A stretch of DNA of 64,000 nt. It comes from a virus. Every line of letters starts with the position of its first letter. Position 1 is the stretch's first letter. This document shows, in pieces, positions 45,137 through 57,700 of the stretch. The position numbers and the translations under genes were made by a program. The stretch spans positions 16,502 through 80,501 of the IMG/VR virus record IMGVR_UViG_3300015371_000013; one strand, written 5' to 3'. The notes beneath the pieces are model-generated. The model was not told the origin of the DNA and did not search any database. It saw nothing but the letters and a program-made list of their open reading frames with translations.

Positions 45137-46762
45137 TTATACGATGGCTCGATAACGAAGTACAGAACCCGTGTAAACCAGAGTAGGACTACCTGCTGTC
45201 TTGGTATTCTGTGCCCACCGGAATTTGAACAGACCGCCGTTGCCAACGTGATGAGCCAGACCTCGACATACTCGCTTTGCCGCCGCGGTTCCAAAGGTAG
45301 CACTTACACCACCCACGTCAGTAGTGGTAAGCGTTTGTGCCGCATCTGCAGTACTCAGACCAACCCACATGGTTGAGCCACGTGCAGTAGCATCCTCGGA
45401 CAGCTCACACTTAATATCAGGAGTCCCACTACCAGCAGGCGAAGCATAAAGCAAAAGCAGCTCGATTTCGTATGCCGTACCCGCCACCGTCTGAAACTGC
45501 AATTCGTTATCGTCTTGAAGGACGTTGTCGTTGTACGACTCGTCAACCGCTTTACGCACTACCGTCCAGCCAGCCGTATTAACGATCCACTGACTATCGT
45601 AGTCAGTATCCGATTTCTTGGAAAGAACTTGTCCAACCGTTCCCCCGGCGGCTACGCCAGGACCAGTAGCTCCCTGAGCACCGGTATCACCCTTAGGCCC
45701 TTGAGCACCGGTATCACCCTTCGCCCCCTGAGCACCGGTGTCACCCTTAGGGCCTTGAGGACCCTGCGGACCAGGGGATCCATCAACTCCTGGAGGTCCT
45801 TGGATAGCGCCTCCGTTGACCCACTGGTCGCCATCCCAAATCCACAGCGAATCGTCGGCCTCGACCAGGTAAGCGTCGCCGTTTTTCAGATTGCTAAAGG
45901 TCTGGGAACTAGGCAAGTCGGCCTCAGTCGGAACCGATCCCTTAAACGTTATGCCTGTGCCCGTCGCGCCCTGCAGACCTTGCGGTCCAGTCGGACCAGG
46001 ATCACCCTTATCGCCCTTCGGCCCCGCCGGACCCGGTACCGTAGAATCAGCACCAGACGGACCAGGATCGCCTTGAGGCCCCTGAGGACCTTCCGGACCG
46101 GGCATCGTAGAGTCTTCTCCGGGAGGACCAGTTGGCCCCGGATCGCCCTTCAATCCCTGCGGCCCTTCCGGGCCCTGAGGACCAGGTACAGTCGAATCAG
46201 CACCAGGAGGACCTTCGGGACCAGTATCACCTTGAGCACCCGTAGGACCAGGAACGGTTGAGTCAGCCCCAGCAGGGCCAGGATCGCCTTGAGGCCCCGC
46301 AACTCCAGTGTCTCCCTTTGGCCCTGCCGGTCCTTGAATTCCGGCGGGACCGGCCAAGCCCGTATCACCAGTATCTCCCTTTGGACCTTGTTGACCCGGT
46401 TCCCCCATAGGTCCCTGAGGACCTTCGGGACCGGGCTCGCCTTGAAGTCCTTGCGGTCCTTGAGGACCTTCGACTCCTTGTTGACCTGGCTCGCCTGTGG
46501 GCCCCGGAGACCCGGTATCTCCCGTATCTCCCTTTGGACCTGGAGGGCCAGGCTCGCCCTTTGGGCCCTGAGGTCCTTCCGGACCTTCTGGACCCATCGG
46601 GCCTTGAATACCTTCGCCAATCGACTCGGAAGTCAGATCAACAAAGTTGTTCAAGTCGATGGGAGTCATATCTGGCTTGTACAGCGCCACTCGAATGTAT
46701 TCCTGGCCCTCACGTGGCTTTGCGTTAGGAATAACAATGGCTTGCATGGGTCCTGCTGGCAT
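45137..46762 (-). CDS. collagen-like fibre protein
   Basis: Long G-X-Y tracts (GADSTVPGP repeats), GDAYLV...LWIWDG.QW.NGG.IQGP; start MPAGP. Confidence 0.85.
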   Translation of the reverse strand: MPAGPMQAIVIPNAKPREGQEYIRVALYKPDMTPIDLNNFVDLTSESIGEGIQGPMGPEGPEGPQGPKGEPGPPGPKGDTGDTGSPGPTGEPGQQGVEGPQGPQGLQGEPGPEGPQGPMGEPGQQGPKGDTGDTGLAGPAGIQGPAGPKGDTGVAGPQGDPGPAGADSTVPGPTGAQGDTGPEGPPGADSTVPGPQGPEGPQGLKGDPGPTGPPGEDSTMPGPEGPQGPQGDPGPSGADSTVPGPAGPKGDKGDPGPTGPQGLQGATGTGITFKGSVPTEADLPSSQTFSNLKNGDAYLVEADDSLWIWDGDQWVNGGAIQGPPGVDGSPGPQGPQGPKGDTGAQGAKGDTGAQGPKGDTGAQGATGPGVAAGGTVGQVLSKKSDTDYDSQWIVNTAGWTVVRKAVDESYNDNVLQDDNELQFQTVAGTAYEIELLLLYASPAGSGTPDIKCELSEDATARGSTMWVGLSTADAAQTLTTTDVGGVSATFGTAAAKRVCRGLAHHVGNGGLFKFRWAQNTKTAGSPTLVYTGSVLRYRAIV

Positions 46763-46781
46763 TACTCGAAGGCCTCCTGAT

Positions 46782-47363
46782 CTATAGAATTCCACTAGCA
46801 GGTATGAAAAATGCACTGGCAGAAGAAACCAGTACTTCGCCTTCGGTTCCAACTAAGAGTTCCGAAGATTGATCAGTGACCAGTCGCCAACTAAGCTTAG
46901 CTGTAATTGGAGAAACCGGGATACACGTATCGTATCCATCGATATAAATTTCTCCAGAACTTGATTCAGACGTTTGAGTAGTTTCGAGATTACCTGTCTC
47001 TTGTACAAATGGAGGATCCGGAGCATCTTCGATAATCATACTCAGTTGAAACAACGGAACAATTTCATCAGGACTTACCGGATTGGGTTCGGGACCAAAC
47101 ATAAAAAACGCAATCTCACACGGACGAGCAGGAATTGTCAAACTCCCCCATTCTACCCAAGGAGTGACATGAAAATAAGGAGGTGATTGTTCTTCCCCAA
47201 ACACTCCTTTACAACTTCCCGAAAGCGTAGCTTCAGAGCTCTGTACTGATAGACCCCCTCTACCATCTACGCCTAACGGATTACCCTCTTTGTCGAACAA
47301 CTTCATTCGAATTTCTTCTCGATCTCCAAATCTTCGGCGACCGAAAATATGAGCATTGAACAT
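46782..47363 (-). CDS. virion accessory protein
   Basis: N-terminal [27 protein letters not shown] matches the repeat in 44142-45119. Confidence 0.75.
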   Translation of the reverse strand: MFNAHIFGRRRFGDREEIRMKLFDKEGNPLGVDGRGGLSVQSSEATLSGSCKGVFGEEQSPPYFHVTPWVEWGSLTIPARPCEIAFFMFGPEPNPVSPDEIVPLFQLSMIIEDAPDPPFVQETGNLETTQTSESSSGEIYIDGYDTCIPVSPITAKLSWRLVTDQSSELLVGTEGEVLVSSASAFFIPASGIL

Positions 47364-49108
47364 TACTCGAAGGCCTCCTGGTTGGCTTTGAACGCGATGT
47401 AGGCATCCATCATAGCTGCTACATTGTCAATCTTCTCTTCTTGACGTTTCTTGAGCAGCTTGCGATTACCGTTGGTATCCTCCAGAGTAATAGCATTGCC
47501 CATGGCGAAAGACATCAAAGACTGGTCAAATATGAGATGTCGATCCTCGGACAGCTTCTTAAGTTCACCCAACGGAACCGACTCGGTCTTAGCCCCTTGA
47601 ATAACCTTCTCAATCCCAAACGGTCCGTTCTCGACTTCCCAGCGCTTAACAAACTCTTTAGCGTTGTACGGATCATAGCCAAAGCAGCGAACATCATACT
47701 CGGATTGAATAACAAACTGATCGAGATCTTCATAGATCTCTTCCCAGTTTAGCACCGTACCATTCATGACATGGAGACTACCCTCCTGAATGAACTCCTC
47801 GTACTTCTGACGCATGGAAGCTTGAAGTAAGAAAAGTGTACGCTCGGTGATGTAACTCCGCGTCTTGACCCCGAAGAGATCGCCGCCCAGTGGAAAGAGG
47901 AAGGTGAAGGCCCAGAAGTCGTCGCCCTGCGACGCATCCATTCCCAATGCACAAGGCAGTTGCCAGAACTCGCGCATACGGTGTAGCAAGGTCTCTTCGT
48001 AGGTAAAGAAATATGTATACCCCTCCATAGGGATACCAAACCGCTTGGCGAGGATATCGTTACGCGCTGCCGGAGCCTTCTCGGCGCGTTCGACGTCTAA
48101 CTGATATGTCTCGTACGTCACGGTTTGCCCAAGATTTGGATTCGCCTTCAGCCACATAGCTGGATCACCAACTTCGTCCAGTTCATCCAGCTTATAGTGC
48201 CAAATAGAGATGTGAGGAGCGTGGTATTCTCCCTTGAGGATGTCAGCCAGCTCCATTTTGATTGTGTCACCGGAGCCGTTGCGAACTGTGCCCTCTGAGG
48301 AGATGGCAATGATCAGATAGTCCTCCAGCTTGGAGGCTCCCTGTTCCACCGCCCCGATGACATCCTCACGAAGATCACCGGACAGCCACTCATCGATGGT
48401 GGCAATCTTGGTCCGAAGACCTTGAAGTTTATTGATAGTCATGGGCCGGATCTCGAGCAAAGACCCGGTGAGGAAGTTTTCGATACCCTTCTTGGTGGTG
48501 GCCAGTTTTTGCCGTAGCATCCGATTGCCCGTGGTATTCTGCATCGAACCCTCGGTTAAGAACTTGAACAGTGGACCTCGAGCACGAGTTATGGCAGTTC
48601 GGAAGGGGGACAACACTTCTTCTGCCTGCTTCATAGTCGGGGCGGCTGTGATCTGATGCGTGGTAGCAGTATCGACGGTCATGAAGTAAGCTTGGATGAG
48701 GGCAGCAAACATCGACTTGGCCGCCCCTCGGGCTACGATGAGATAGAACTTCTTGACCAGTCGGATCCTGATGGTCCTCGTCTCGTAATGGCCACCGTGG
48801 TTTCCATCTGAGGGGACATAGACTGAGCGGTCTACAAAGTAGCACCAGCCAAAGATCTGCTCTGACCATAGTTTGAAGGTGAACAGGAGGTGGAGGTCAC
48901 TACCCTCGGTAAGGGTCATTTCTCCCTCACAGAAACGTAGAAAACCCTCCACCGCCTGATCATCGTAGTAGATGTTAGGATTGGCGATGAGCGCATCAAT
49001 CCGATTCATCTCCAAGGAGATCTCACGATTAACCGGAATCTCCCCTCGCATCACTGCATCGCGGAACTGCCCGTAATACACCGGGACTGCAGTATTGGAC
49101 AGCGCCAC
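47363..49108 (-). CDS. terL: terminase large subunit
   Basis: Walker A VARGAAKS, Walker B ATIDEW, ISSEG, nuclease GMDASQGDD, KIDNVAAMMDA. Confidence 0.95.
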   Translation of the reverse strand: MALSNTAVPVYYGQFRDAVMRGEIPVNREISLEMNRIDALIANPNIYYDDQAVEGFLRFCEGEMTLTEGSDLHLLFTFKLWSEQIFGWCYFVDRSVYVPSDGNHGGHYETRTIRIRLVKKFYLIVARGAAKSMFAALIQAYFMTVDTATTHQITAAPTMKQAEEVLSPFRTAITRARGPLFKFLTEGSMQNTTGNRMLRQKLATTKKGIENFLTGSLLEIRPMTINKLQGLRTKIATIDEWLSGDLREDVIGAVEQGASKLEDYLIIAISSEGTVRNGSGDTIKMELADILKGEYHAPHISIWHYKLDELDEVGDPAMWLKANPNLGQTVTYETYQLDVERAEKAPAARNDILAKRFGIPMEGYTYFFTYEETLLHRMREFWQLPCALGMDASQGDDFWAFTFLFPLGGDLFGVKTRSYITERTLFLLQASMRQKYEEFIQEGSLHVMNGTVLNWEEIYEDLDQFVIQSEYDVRCFGYDPYNAKEFVKRWEVENGPFGIEKVIQGAKTESVPLGELKKLSEDRHLIFDQSLMSFAMGNAITLEDTNGNRKLLKKRQEEKIDNVAAMMDAYIAFKANQEAFE

Positions 49109-49121
49109 TTACTCTCCTTTC

Positions 49122-49280
49122 TTACGGCGGTGGTCCTCTTCGGCCCCGCCAACTCGAGTACCCATACGGAACCGCGGGAACAAACATGAGGACTATCCCG
49201 ATCACCATGAGGATGACTCCCCAGAACAAAGACAGGAAAATCGCCACAATGAGTCCGATCAGGACCAGAGCCAGACCCAA
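49122..49280 (-). CDS. small two-TM membrane protein (52 aa)
   Basis: Manual ORF; TTG start after GGAGGT. Confidence 0.6.
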   Translation of the reverse strand: MGLALVLIGLIVAIFLSLFWGVILMVIGIVLMFVPAVPYGYSSWRGRRGPPP

Positions 49281-49296
49281 CAGACCACCTCCTTTC

Positions 49297-49419
49297 TTAC
49301 ACCAGTTTCACCGCTAGTAACACGATAATTACAAATAAGAGAAAACCAACAACCCACCAAGCAATGTAACGCACCGCTTCTTTACGAGTACGAAACATAC
49401 CCGGATCGTCATCAGACAT
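49297..49419 (-). CDS. small membrane peptide (40 aa)
   Basis: Manual ORF MSDDDPGMF...WWVVGFLLFVIIVLLAVKLV. Confidence 0.55.
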   Translation of the reverse strand: MSDDDPGMFRTRKEAVRYIAWWVVGFLLFVIIVLLAVKLV

Positions 49420-49421
49420 GA

Positions 49422-51773
49422 CTAAATAAGAGCTGTTACCGCGGCTGTGGCCACGCCCTTACGAGCTTTCTTGACCACCTTACGACCAACAACAGGAGCG
49501 CCCTTCTTGAATCCTTCTCGAGCCAGCCCCTTGGTTGCGGTCTCAAATTCTCGACTTACAAATTGCCTACCCTTGGATGAAGTAAGAATGGCCACCTGAT
49601 TTTCGACCTGGAGCCGATTGGCCAAATCTCTGAGCTCTTGAGTAGAGAGTGCGTCGGGGCCGCTTTTCTTGAGCTTTTGCTTTTGCACCGCGGCTTTGAT
49701 GGCATCGGTATGGGCAGGATGAGAAGCGCCACCCGTGGCTCGGACTTTGGTTTTACGCTTGAGAATCCCAGTGTCGGGAAGCGATCGAGCCGAGATCTCT
49801 TGTTGACCTCGCACTCCCCAACGCATACCCTTGACCCCGTAGTGCTCAAGAATAAACGCTTCACCTAGATCGGCCGATTGCGCCATAGATTCTTGCTGGA
49901 GATGATCGAATTCGAACCCGACAATATGGCCCGTGCCATCACGCTTGATCTTGCCCGTGATCTCGACGGTGATCTCCTCATCACCAATATCATCATCCGC
50001 GTGCTTCACTCGCGTCGGCTGAGGCGTTGGACTACCTTCTCGAGCATGGATCTTAAAATCCAAACCATCGTTTACGAACTCGAGATCGAGATGCATTCTT
50101 TTGTTCCCGATCGAATTGGCCGACTGACGATAGCCATCCTGCATCGTCTTCAGAACTTCGGCATCGTATTTCTTCCGCGTGGATACGCTTTTATTCGGGT
50201 TCGGGTATCTTTTGTTGATTCCATCAATATCCCGATTAGTCTTTTCAAGCGATCCATTATGGATTGCCACGAAGTTCTTAGGCGACATAGCCTTCTTGGC
50301 AAATCGTTTATCCTGAATATCGGCCGCTTTGGCCTTGACTCCTCGAGCACCGCCTCGGATCAGACGAACCTGGGCAGGCCAGGTAAGAGGAGCGGTGATC
50401 GGAAGCAGATAACCAATAGCAAACTTGGCAATGTCTGTACTTAGATCATGACCTTGCGGATCCAGAAATCGCTGTGCTCCTTCTCGCTTGGTTTCGGTCG
50501 TACGGCCTGTAGTAGGATTCACATTGCGAACCCCCCACTTCATGCCCTTGACCCCATAATGAGCCAAAAATGCCGAACCCAGATCGACGGTCTGGGCCAT
50601 GGAATTCTCGACCGGCTTGAGGTCGGAAATATACCCCTCGTCGTCGACAACAACCTCAATGTCCCAGGTAAAGTCACCGTCAGCGTGCTTGACCTCACGA
50701 GTGGTAACCGTCCAGAAATGCTTGGACGAAGGAAGGGCTCCACCTTCAGCCGGAAGTTCCCAGCCTCGCTCACGAATCGTGTACTGACGAGTACCCGAGA
50801 CATTGGTCATCGAGTTGGCAGCTTCTTCCAACCGCTTGATGTAGGTCTTCCTGGCGTCTTTGCGATAGGCCCGAGCTTCTTTAGAAAACGGCTTCTTCGC
50901 TCGATTGATCATCTTACCGTAATCGCCGTGTCGTTCCTTGAGAGCAGGCAGATCCGTCCGTTTGAATGCCGATCGAGCCTTCGAATCGATTGACATGTTG
51001 ACAACATTTCGGCCGGTCTCATCCTGGAGACGAGTTTCGAACTGAACATCTCCAACCGCCCGACTCACTGACGTGGCAGCTCTGCCTACTGTGCCTCCTG
51101 CAGACCTGGCTGCACGTCCCACAGATCTGGCGGAGCTTCCAACATCCGACTTACTAAATCCCCACTTCATTCCCTTGACCCCGAAGTGCTCAATCTCGCT
51201 CATAGCAACATCCATGGGCACGGTGTCCAACGCTGCAAACTCATCTTCGTAATCCTTGAGCAAGAATTCCATCCCCTCGAAGTCGCCGGTCCACACCGCG
51301 ATCTTGTTAAAGCAGACATCGTAGAAACGATAGTCCTGATCATCGTCAACCGGCTTGGCCGGAGATGTCGGGTAACCCAAGGTCAGATGTGGAATCCACG
51401 AATGTCCAGAAGCCCCCACCGCCTCGGGGGCTTCGAATTGTGTCGCAGAATCATAGGCCGTCTTGATGTTTGGATCCTTCAACAGGAGGCTTCGAAACTC
51501 GCGGATTGCCTTGTAGTCATAGCGTCCCTTCTTGAAGAAGAGGACGTCGGCTTGATCAGCTCCCAGCTCACCTCGTCGATCCACCGGCAAGTAAAAACGC
51601 TTCAGCGTCGTGCTGGCAGCATGCTCCACGAATTGGATGATCTGGTCAAGGTTGGCGACATTATCCATCTCACCCAGAAACAAAAGGGTAAGATGAGGAA
51701 CCTTCTCGCTGGAGATCTTCCACACCCGATCGTTCTCTTCAGGAATAGCCACGATGACAAGATTACTACTCAT
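49422..51773 (-). CDS. 2H phosphoesterase domain fused to three HxGVKGM[KR]WG modules
   Basis: Two PHLTL motifs in the first ~190 aa; IEHFGVKGMKWG, LAHYGVKGMKWG, LEHYGVKGMRWG. Confidence 0.85.
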   Translation of the reverse strand: MSSNLVIVAIPEENDRVWKISSEKVPHLTLLFLGEMDNVANLDQIIQFVEHAASTTLKRFYLPVDRRGELGADQADVLFFKKGRYDYKAIREFRSLLLKDPNIKTAYDSATQFEAPEAVGASGHSWIPHLTLGYPTSPAKPVDDDQDYRFYDVCFNKIAVWTGDFEGMEFLLKDYEDEFAALDTVPMDVAMSEIEHFGVKGMKWGFSKSDVGSSARSVGRAARSAGGTVGRAATSVSRAVGDVQFETRLQDETGRNVVNMSIDSKARSAFKRTDLPALKERHGDYGKMINRAKKPFSKEARAYRKDARKTYIKRLEEAANSMTNVSGTRQYTIRERGWELPAEGGALPSSKHFWTVTTREVKHADGDFTWDIEVVVDDEGYISDLKPVENSMAQTVDLGSAFLAHYGVKGMKWGVRNVNPTTGRTTETKREGAQRFLDPQGHDLSTDIAKFAIGYLLPITAPLTWPAQVRLIRGGARGVKAKAADIQDKRFAKKAMSPKNFVAIHNGSLEKTNRDIDGINKRYPNPNKSVSTRKKYDAEVLKTMQDGYRQSANSIGNKRMHLDLEFVNDGLDFKIHAREGSPTPQPTRVKHADDDIGDEEITVEITGKIKRDGTGHIVGFEFDHLQQESMAQSADLGEAFILEHYGVKGMRWGVRGQQEISARSLPDTGILKRKTKVRATGGASHPAHTDAIKAAVQKQKLKKSGPDALSTQELRDLANRLQVENQVAILTSSKGRQFVSREFETATKGLAREGFKKGAPVVGRKVVKKARKGVATAAVTALI

Positions 51774-51797
51774 TTTGAAGTTCCACCTCCTTTCGTT

Positions 51798-54700
51798 TCA
51801 AAGTTTGATGATGGTTACCTTCGGTGCGCTGCGCTTTTCAACCTTAGCTATGATACCTCTCTGAAGCGCAACCTGAGCTAGGGGCGGCGGTGTGATTGTC
51901 ACTACCGACCGAATCGACGCCGTGGTCCCGACCGAAACCTTGATCGGGTTAAGAGCAATGACAGTCGAGAACGGTATCGGCTGCGTGCTGCTGTGGCCCT
52001 CTCGGCTAGACCCAGTAAGTACCACAATCCCCAACGAGCTGTCGTCGTAGACAGACTTCTCGAGGGAAACCCCTGTAAGTAGTGTATCGCCTGTCGAACT
52101 ATCAGTGTAGGCATGACTCTCAACCCTGCTTCCGAACCAGGTGGTAGCTCCGGTTGATACGTCGCTATAGGAAACCGACTCAATCCCGGTACCCGTACTG
52201 GTGACGGATCCTTCGGCAAAGTCGGTATAGATGATTTGGTATGACTCGACAGAGGTGCCACTGACGACCAAGTAGCCAGTTGCCGTACTCGTATGTGAAT
52301 ACGACTCGAGACTGGTGCCTTTAATCGGCAATGCGCCGGGGGTAGTACTCGTATGCGAATACGCTTCGACACTGATCCCCTCGACTGACACAGCACCAGT
52401 CGAGATACTCGCATGTGATTGAGCTTCTGAGCTGGATCCCTCAACTGAGAAAGAGCCAATTTCGGTATCTGTATAGGCTTGCGATTCGACGCCTGTACCT
52501 GAGACCAATACAGAGCCAGTGGCCGTACTGGTACGAGATTGTGATTCGTTGCTTGTACCATTGACAAGCCCAGAGCCGATCTCCGCATTGACATGCAAAT
52601 GCGACTCGGTGCTCGTACCACTGGCGTTGATCTGCCCACTACCATAATCAATATAGCCGATAAGAATTTCGTGGGTCTCGGTACTCGAGCCACTGATCAA
52701 AGCGATGCCCGAAGCAACATCGGTGTAGACCCGGCTATCAATCCCGGTTCCGCTGAAGACAGCTGTACCGGTAGAGCTTTCACTATGAGTAAAGGTTTCC
52801 GAGCTAGTCCCACTGGCTATGGCCGTACCTGTGGCACTGGCCGAATACGAAACCGATTCGACGCCGGTACCTGAGACTACCGCGGAGACAGTCCCAGTGT
52901 CATCGTAGACAACGGTGTCAGATCCCGTACCGGTGAAGACAATCGTCCCGATAGCGGTATCAGTGTAGATATACGACTCCGTGCCTGACCCACTGATCGT
53001 GACAGTGGTAACACCGGTTCCCGAATGATCAAAAGTATCAGTACCGGTTCCCGTAACGACACTTGTACCCGTTCGAATATCCGAATAGGTATACGACTCC
53101 GTACCGGAGCCACTTGCCGTTACTGTACCGCTAGCGCTGACATTATGAGTAGATGACTCAGTGCTCGCGCCATTTGCTGTAATCGTTCCACTAGATACAT
53201 CAGTGAAGTTATAGAACTCGGTAGAAATCCCACTTGCCGTAATCGTGCCGCTGGCACTGACACTATGAAGATATGATTCGGTAGAGCTTCCACTTGCCGT
53301 AGTCGTTCCTGAGAAAGCGTCAGACGTGCTGTAGGACTCTGTAGACGTCCCACTTGCCGTAATCGTGCCGGAAAGAACGTCAGAAGCACTAGAGGACTCT
53401 GTAGACGCTCCACTTGCCGTAATCGTGCCTGAAGTAGCATCGGAAGCACTAGAGGACTCCGTACCTGTACCGGAAGAAATAACCGTACCACTCGCGCTGT
53501 CATCGTAGGTAGGGCCACCAGTTACCGGCTGATAGTCCTCAACTCCGGTGCCTGAGACGGTGATAATACCTGAGTTGATGTCATCAAAAATCGTTGATTC
53601 AGTACGAGTACCATTAACCCCAATTGTGGGGATAAGCCCGACACGATAGTGCTCGAGAATACGAGCCGGAGAAAGCAATGAGTTATACCAGGCAACTTCG
53701 TCAACTAGTCCATCAAAGGTTCTATCGCTACTACCCACCAAGGAATCTGCGCCAATGACCGGAACATCATCAGGTCTTGACACCACACTTCCAGGATCAG
53801 CAACAATAGTAATTACCAAAACATTATTGGCATAGAGAGTCAACGTCGTTCCGTCAAATCTCAGAACAAGATGAACAACCTTCCCCAACGTAACCGTATA
53901 CGAGGTGTTATAAACATTGCTTCCGGTTCGGATCCATATTTTTTGGTCGTTTTCGATACGAATATCCAGCGCAGTACTACGACCCAGAAGCCATCGTCGA
54001 TTAACTACCAATTTACTTGCTCTAAACCAAGCCTCGACTGAGAACGACCCCGTATTATAAGGTAACCCAAGATTAGTCGCAGAATCAATGCCAAACTTCT
54101 GAGATGCGGCAATAAAGGATGATGAATCCGACGAATTAGCAATTAGAGATTTATCCGCGGCGACAGGACCATTGACGGCCGGAAGATTCCGTACGCCCTT
54201 GCGATCTGTGGCTTGATTAGCTTCACCGAGCTTCCAATGAGAAACCGGATTATCTTGGTCGATCGTAGCGTCGTAACCAGAGGCTACGCCAGCATTATAG
54301 TGAGCGAGAATACGAGCCGGAGAGAGAGCCGTACCATAGACAGCAGCTTCATCAACAACTCCATCGAAATAACTCGTACCTGTTCCTGTAAAAAACCCGA
54401 TTTCTGGAGCCCTAGTGGGTTCTGGCCAACTCGTAGCATTAGAAATTCGTCCAACTTCCGTACCATTGATATAGAAAATCATCGTGGCACCATCATAAGT
54501 GCCAACCAGATGGTACGTTGTGCCAACGATCAGAGGTGTAAAACTTTCGACGTCTCTATTCGCACCTCCGCTGGTCCACATTCTCAACCGAATCGAGTTT
54601 GTAAATAAGAAGATGTTCCACGCGCTGCCTCGTGCTATTACCCATGCTCCAGTAAGGCTAGCAGGCTTTATCCAAACCTCTACGGTCCAGGCTGGAGTTT

Positions 54701-57700
54701 CATAAGGTTTACCCTGATTGGCAACGGCACCATTCCCCAACCCCTGCTGAGACGAACCAGCAAGATTTGTAGCTAGATCAGAAGCATTGTTTCGAATAAT
54801 ACCAGAAGTAATGGTTGGGCCATTATTTGCCGTAAGGTTTCGAACACCCTTGCGGTCAATCGCATCTCCCGAATTACCCAGCTTCCAATGCGAAATCGGT
54901 TGGTCAGCATCGATTACGTTGTCGTAGTAAGTAGCGTCATCACCGTAAACAAGCTTCTCAACGCTGGTACCACTCGCCATAATCGTGCCACTGGCGGAGT
55001 CATCTACGCTGTAAGCTTCAGTACTGATACCCGAAACACTAATCGTACCTAAACGGCTGTCATCGTAAATATACGACTCGGTACCAGAGCCACTACTACC
55101 AATCTCGAAGCGAAGACCAGTTCGGTAATGAGCTAGAATTCGTTCAGGAGTAAGAGCAGTATTGTAGTAGGCGACCTCATCTAGAATACCGGGAAATGTG
55201 GTCTGACTGAGATCTTCCGATGCGCCGATGGAGAGTACATTGTTTGGCCCGAGACTTGGTGTATCCGGCGTAATATCGGCTGAACCGAGGGAGAAGCCGT
55301 TGATATAGACTCGGATACGCGTTCCGTCGAACGTGCCGACCACATGACAGGCTCGACCAATAACTAGCTTTGGATTAGAGGTGGACCCGAGATTACCCCC
55401 ACTCGAAATTTTTAGACCAACCTGCACAGAAAGATCAGACGACGTACTCATCCACTGCCCAGAGCCAAGCCGGTTCAAGATGTGCGGAAATCCAGTAATC
55501 GCTTCAGTAACCTTTACCCACGTTTCAAGACTCCAAGCAGCAGTCGAATAGGGAGCACCAATACCCGCTATACCTGCTGCTGCAAATCTCTGCCTGGATG
55601 GCTTGTCAAGCCTGCTTGCTACTACATCACTTCCATTATTGACAACAAGTCCAGACTCAACAGCAACCGGACCATTGACGGCCGGAAGATTCCTTACACC
55701 TTTACGATCGGTAGCTTGATTAGCCTCACCCAACTTCCAATGGGAGACGGGATTGTCTTGGTCGATGGTGGCATCGTAACCAGAGGCAACCCCGGCATTG
55801 TAATGGGCGAGGATGCGAGCGGGAGAAAGGGCGTTCTGATACCAGGCAACTTCGTCAATGATGCCATCGAAATTGAATACGGCACCACTAAAAGGAATAT
55901 CCGGCACTCTTCCTGCTGCGCCAGTTGAACCAACCATCGCAGTTCGTGCACGTTCAATGCCATTGACATACAGAATCAGATCTGAGCCATTATACAACCC
56001 GACAATATGCAGCAATGTTCCTATCGGCCAGGTTGCCGCAGAAGTTGCCGATTTGGAGGCGCCCACACCATCAGTGGCCTCAATAGCAACAGTTCCGTCC
56101 ACATTGAGATAAATAGCTTGACTAGCTGAGCGATTGACTACATATCCACCACTAGCAACCGTTCTAAGTGCCCATACTTCTACTGACCATTGAGGAGTGC
56201 TATAAGGGATTCCACTTACTGCATCAGCAGCTTTACCAAAATATTGACCTGTCGTCTTGACGAATGTGTTAGCCCCATTACTCGCATTGTTGAATATCAG
56301 ACCATCCGAAGAAACCATAGAGCCAGCACGAACAGAAAGGTCAGCGAGCCCCTTGCGATCTACGGCGGTTGCTGTCGTGCCTAGCTTCCAGTGTGAAATC
56401 GGCTGGTCAGCATCAATTACATTGTCGTAATAAGTAGCGTTGTCACCGTAAATAAGCTTCTCAACGCCGGTTCCACCCGCTGTAATCGTGCCACTGGCGG
56501 AATCAGTATAGATAGCCGGAGTTGAATATGACTCGGTAGCACTACCACTGGAAACGATCGTACCTGACGCACTCGCAGAATGATCGTAGGACTCGGTGCT
56601 GGTGCCACTCGCTCCGATCGTACCGCTACCACTGTCGGTGTAGTTGATGCCGACTAGCGGCCCGCCACGTAGATTGTCCCAGCGCGAGGTCGTTTCGTTG
56701 ATCTGTACCCCGACTACTCCGCTGGTTGGGTTGTGGTCGGTATCGATGGCGCTGCCTATGAATGAGTAGACACCGCTTCTGATGCGGATAACATCAAGTC
56801 GTGAGCCACGCTTGCGGAACCACATGGTGTCGCCCGCCGTTAAAGTATTGTTCACCGCGCCCAATACTTCGGCCTGACTCCCGGTAGCCCAGCGACTTAG
56901 TGTCACAGTGCCGAGCGTGGTATTGAACAGTACCCGATAAGCCGAGTAGTTCGCGGTCCCTGGGTTAGTTATTAGGACCGCAAGGATGGCCGATGAGCTA
57001 ATCGGGACTGTTACGCAGTCGATCAGCACATCACAGTTGCCGCCAGAATTGTCGATGGCGATCGTTGTGTACGCCTCACGGATGGCAATTGTCTGTCCGC
57101 CCAGAGTGTTGGAGATAACCCGCAGGTCTTGAGCAGCTCCTCCAGCGAAAGGTAGGAGCACCCAGGGACCGCCTACATCGAGCAGGCCGTCTGCGCGGTC
57201 GAAGGTGTCAATACTGGTTGTGTAAGTCGGTGGCGCGATGACTTCGATAGGCCAATCGACTTCCAGCATCATCGCCTGGACGGTCGGGACCGGGCTAATA
57301 TCAGCCGACGTGCAGCCACCGAAGCGGAACCGGACGGCGTTGACTTCAGTCCTATTCCAACCATTCGGAGGTACGTCAACAATCGCACCCTTGAAGTTGT
57401 TGGCAGTGACGTTGTACGCCTTGCCCACTCCTCCGGTTAGCCCCCACAGTTCATCAACTGCTCCGGCAGAATTACGCACATCGCAGGCAGCGAGATTGGC
57501 TTGGGTAGCCGAAGACGAGTAGGACATGATCGCCCGGACCGCATTGGCCAGTCCTACCTCGTTAGTGATTACGGGCTTGAGCTCTGCATAGGCTCCTACT
57601 GTGGCTGTCCGTAACGCAATGTTGTCAGTGGTGCTTCGAGTCGCAGTCCAACCCAGTGTGCCTGGTGGATCGTCGACCATCGTGTTGACATTCGTCGGCG

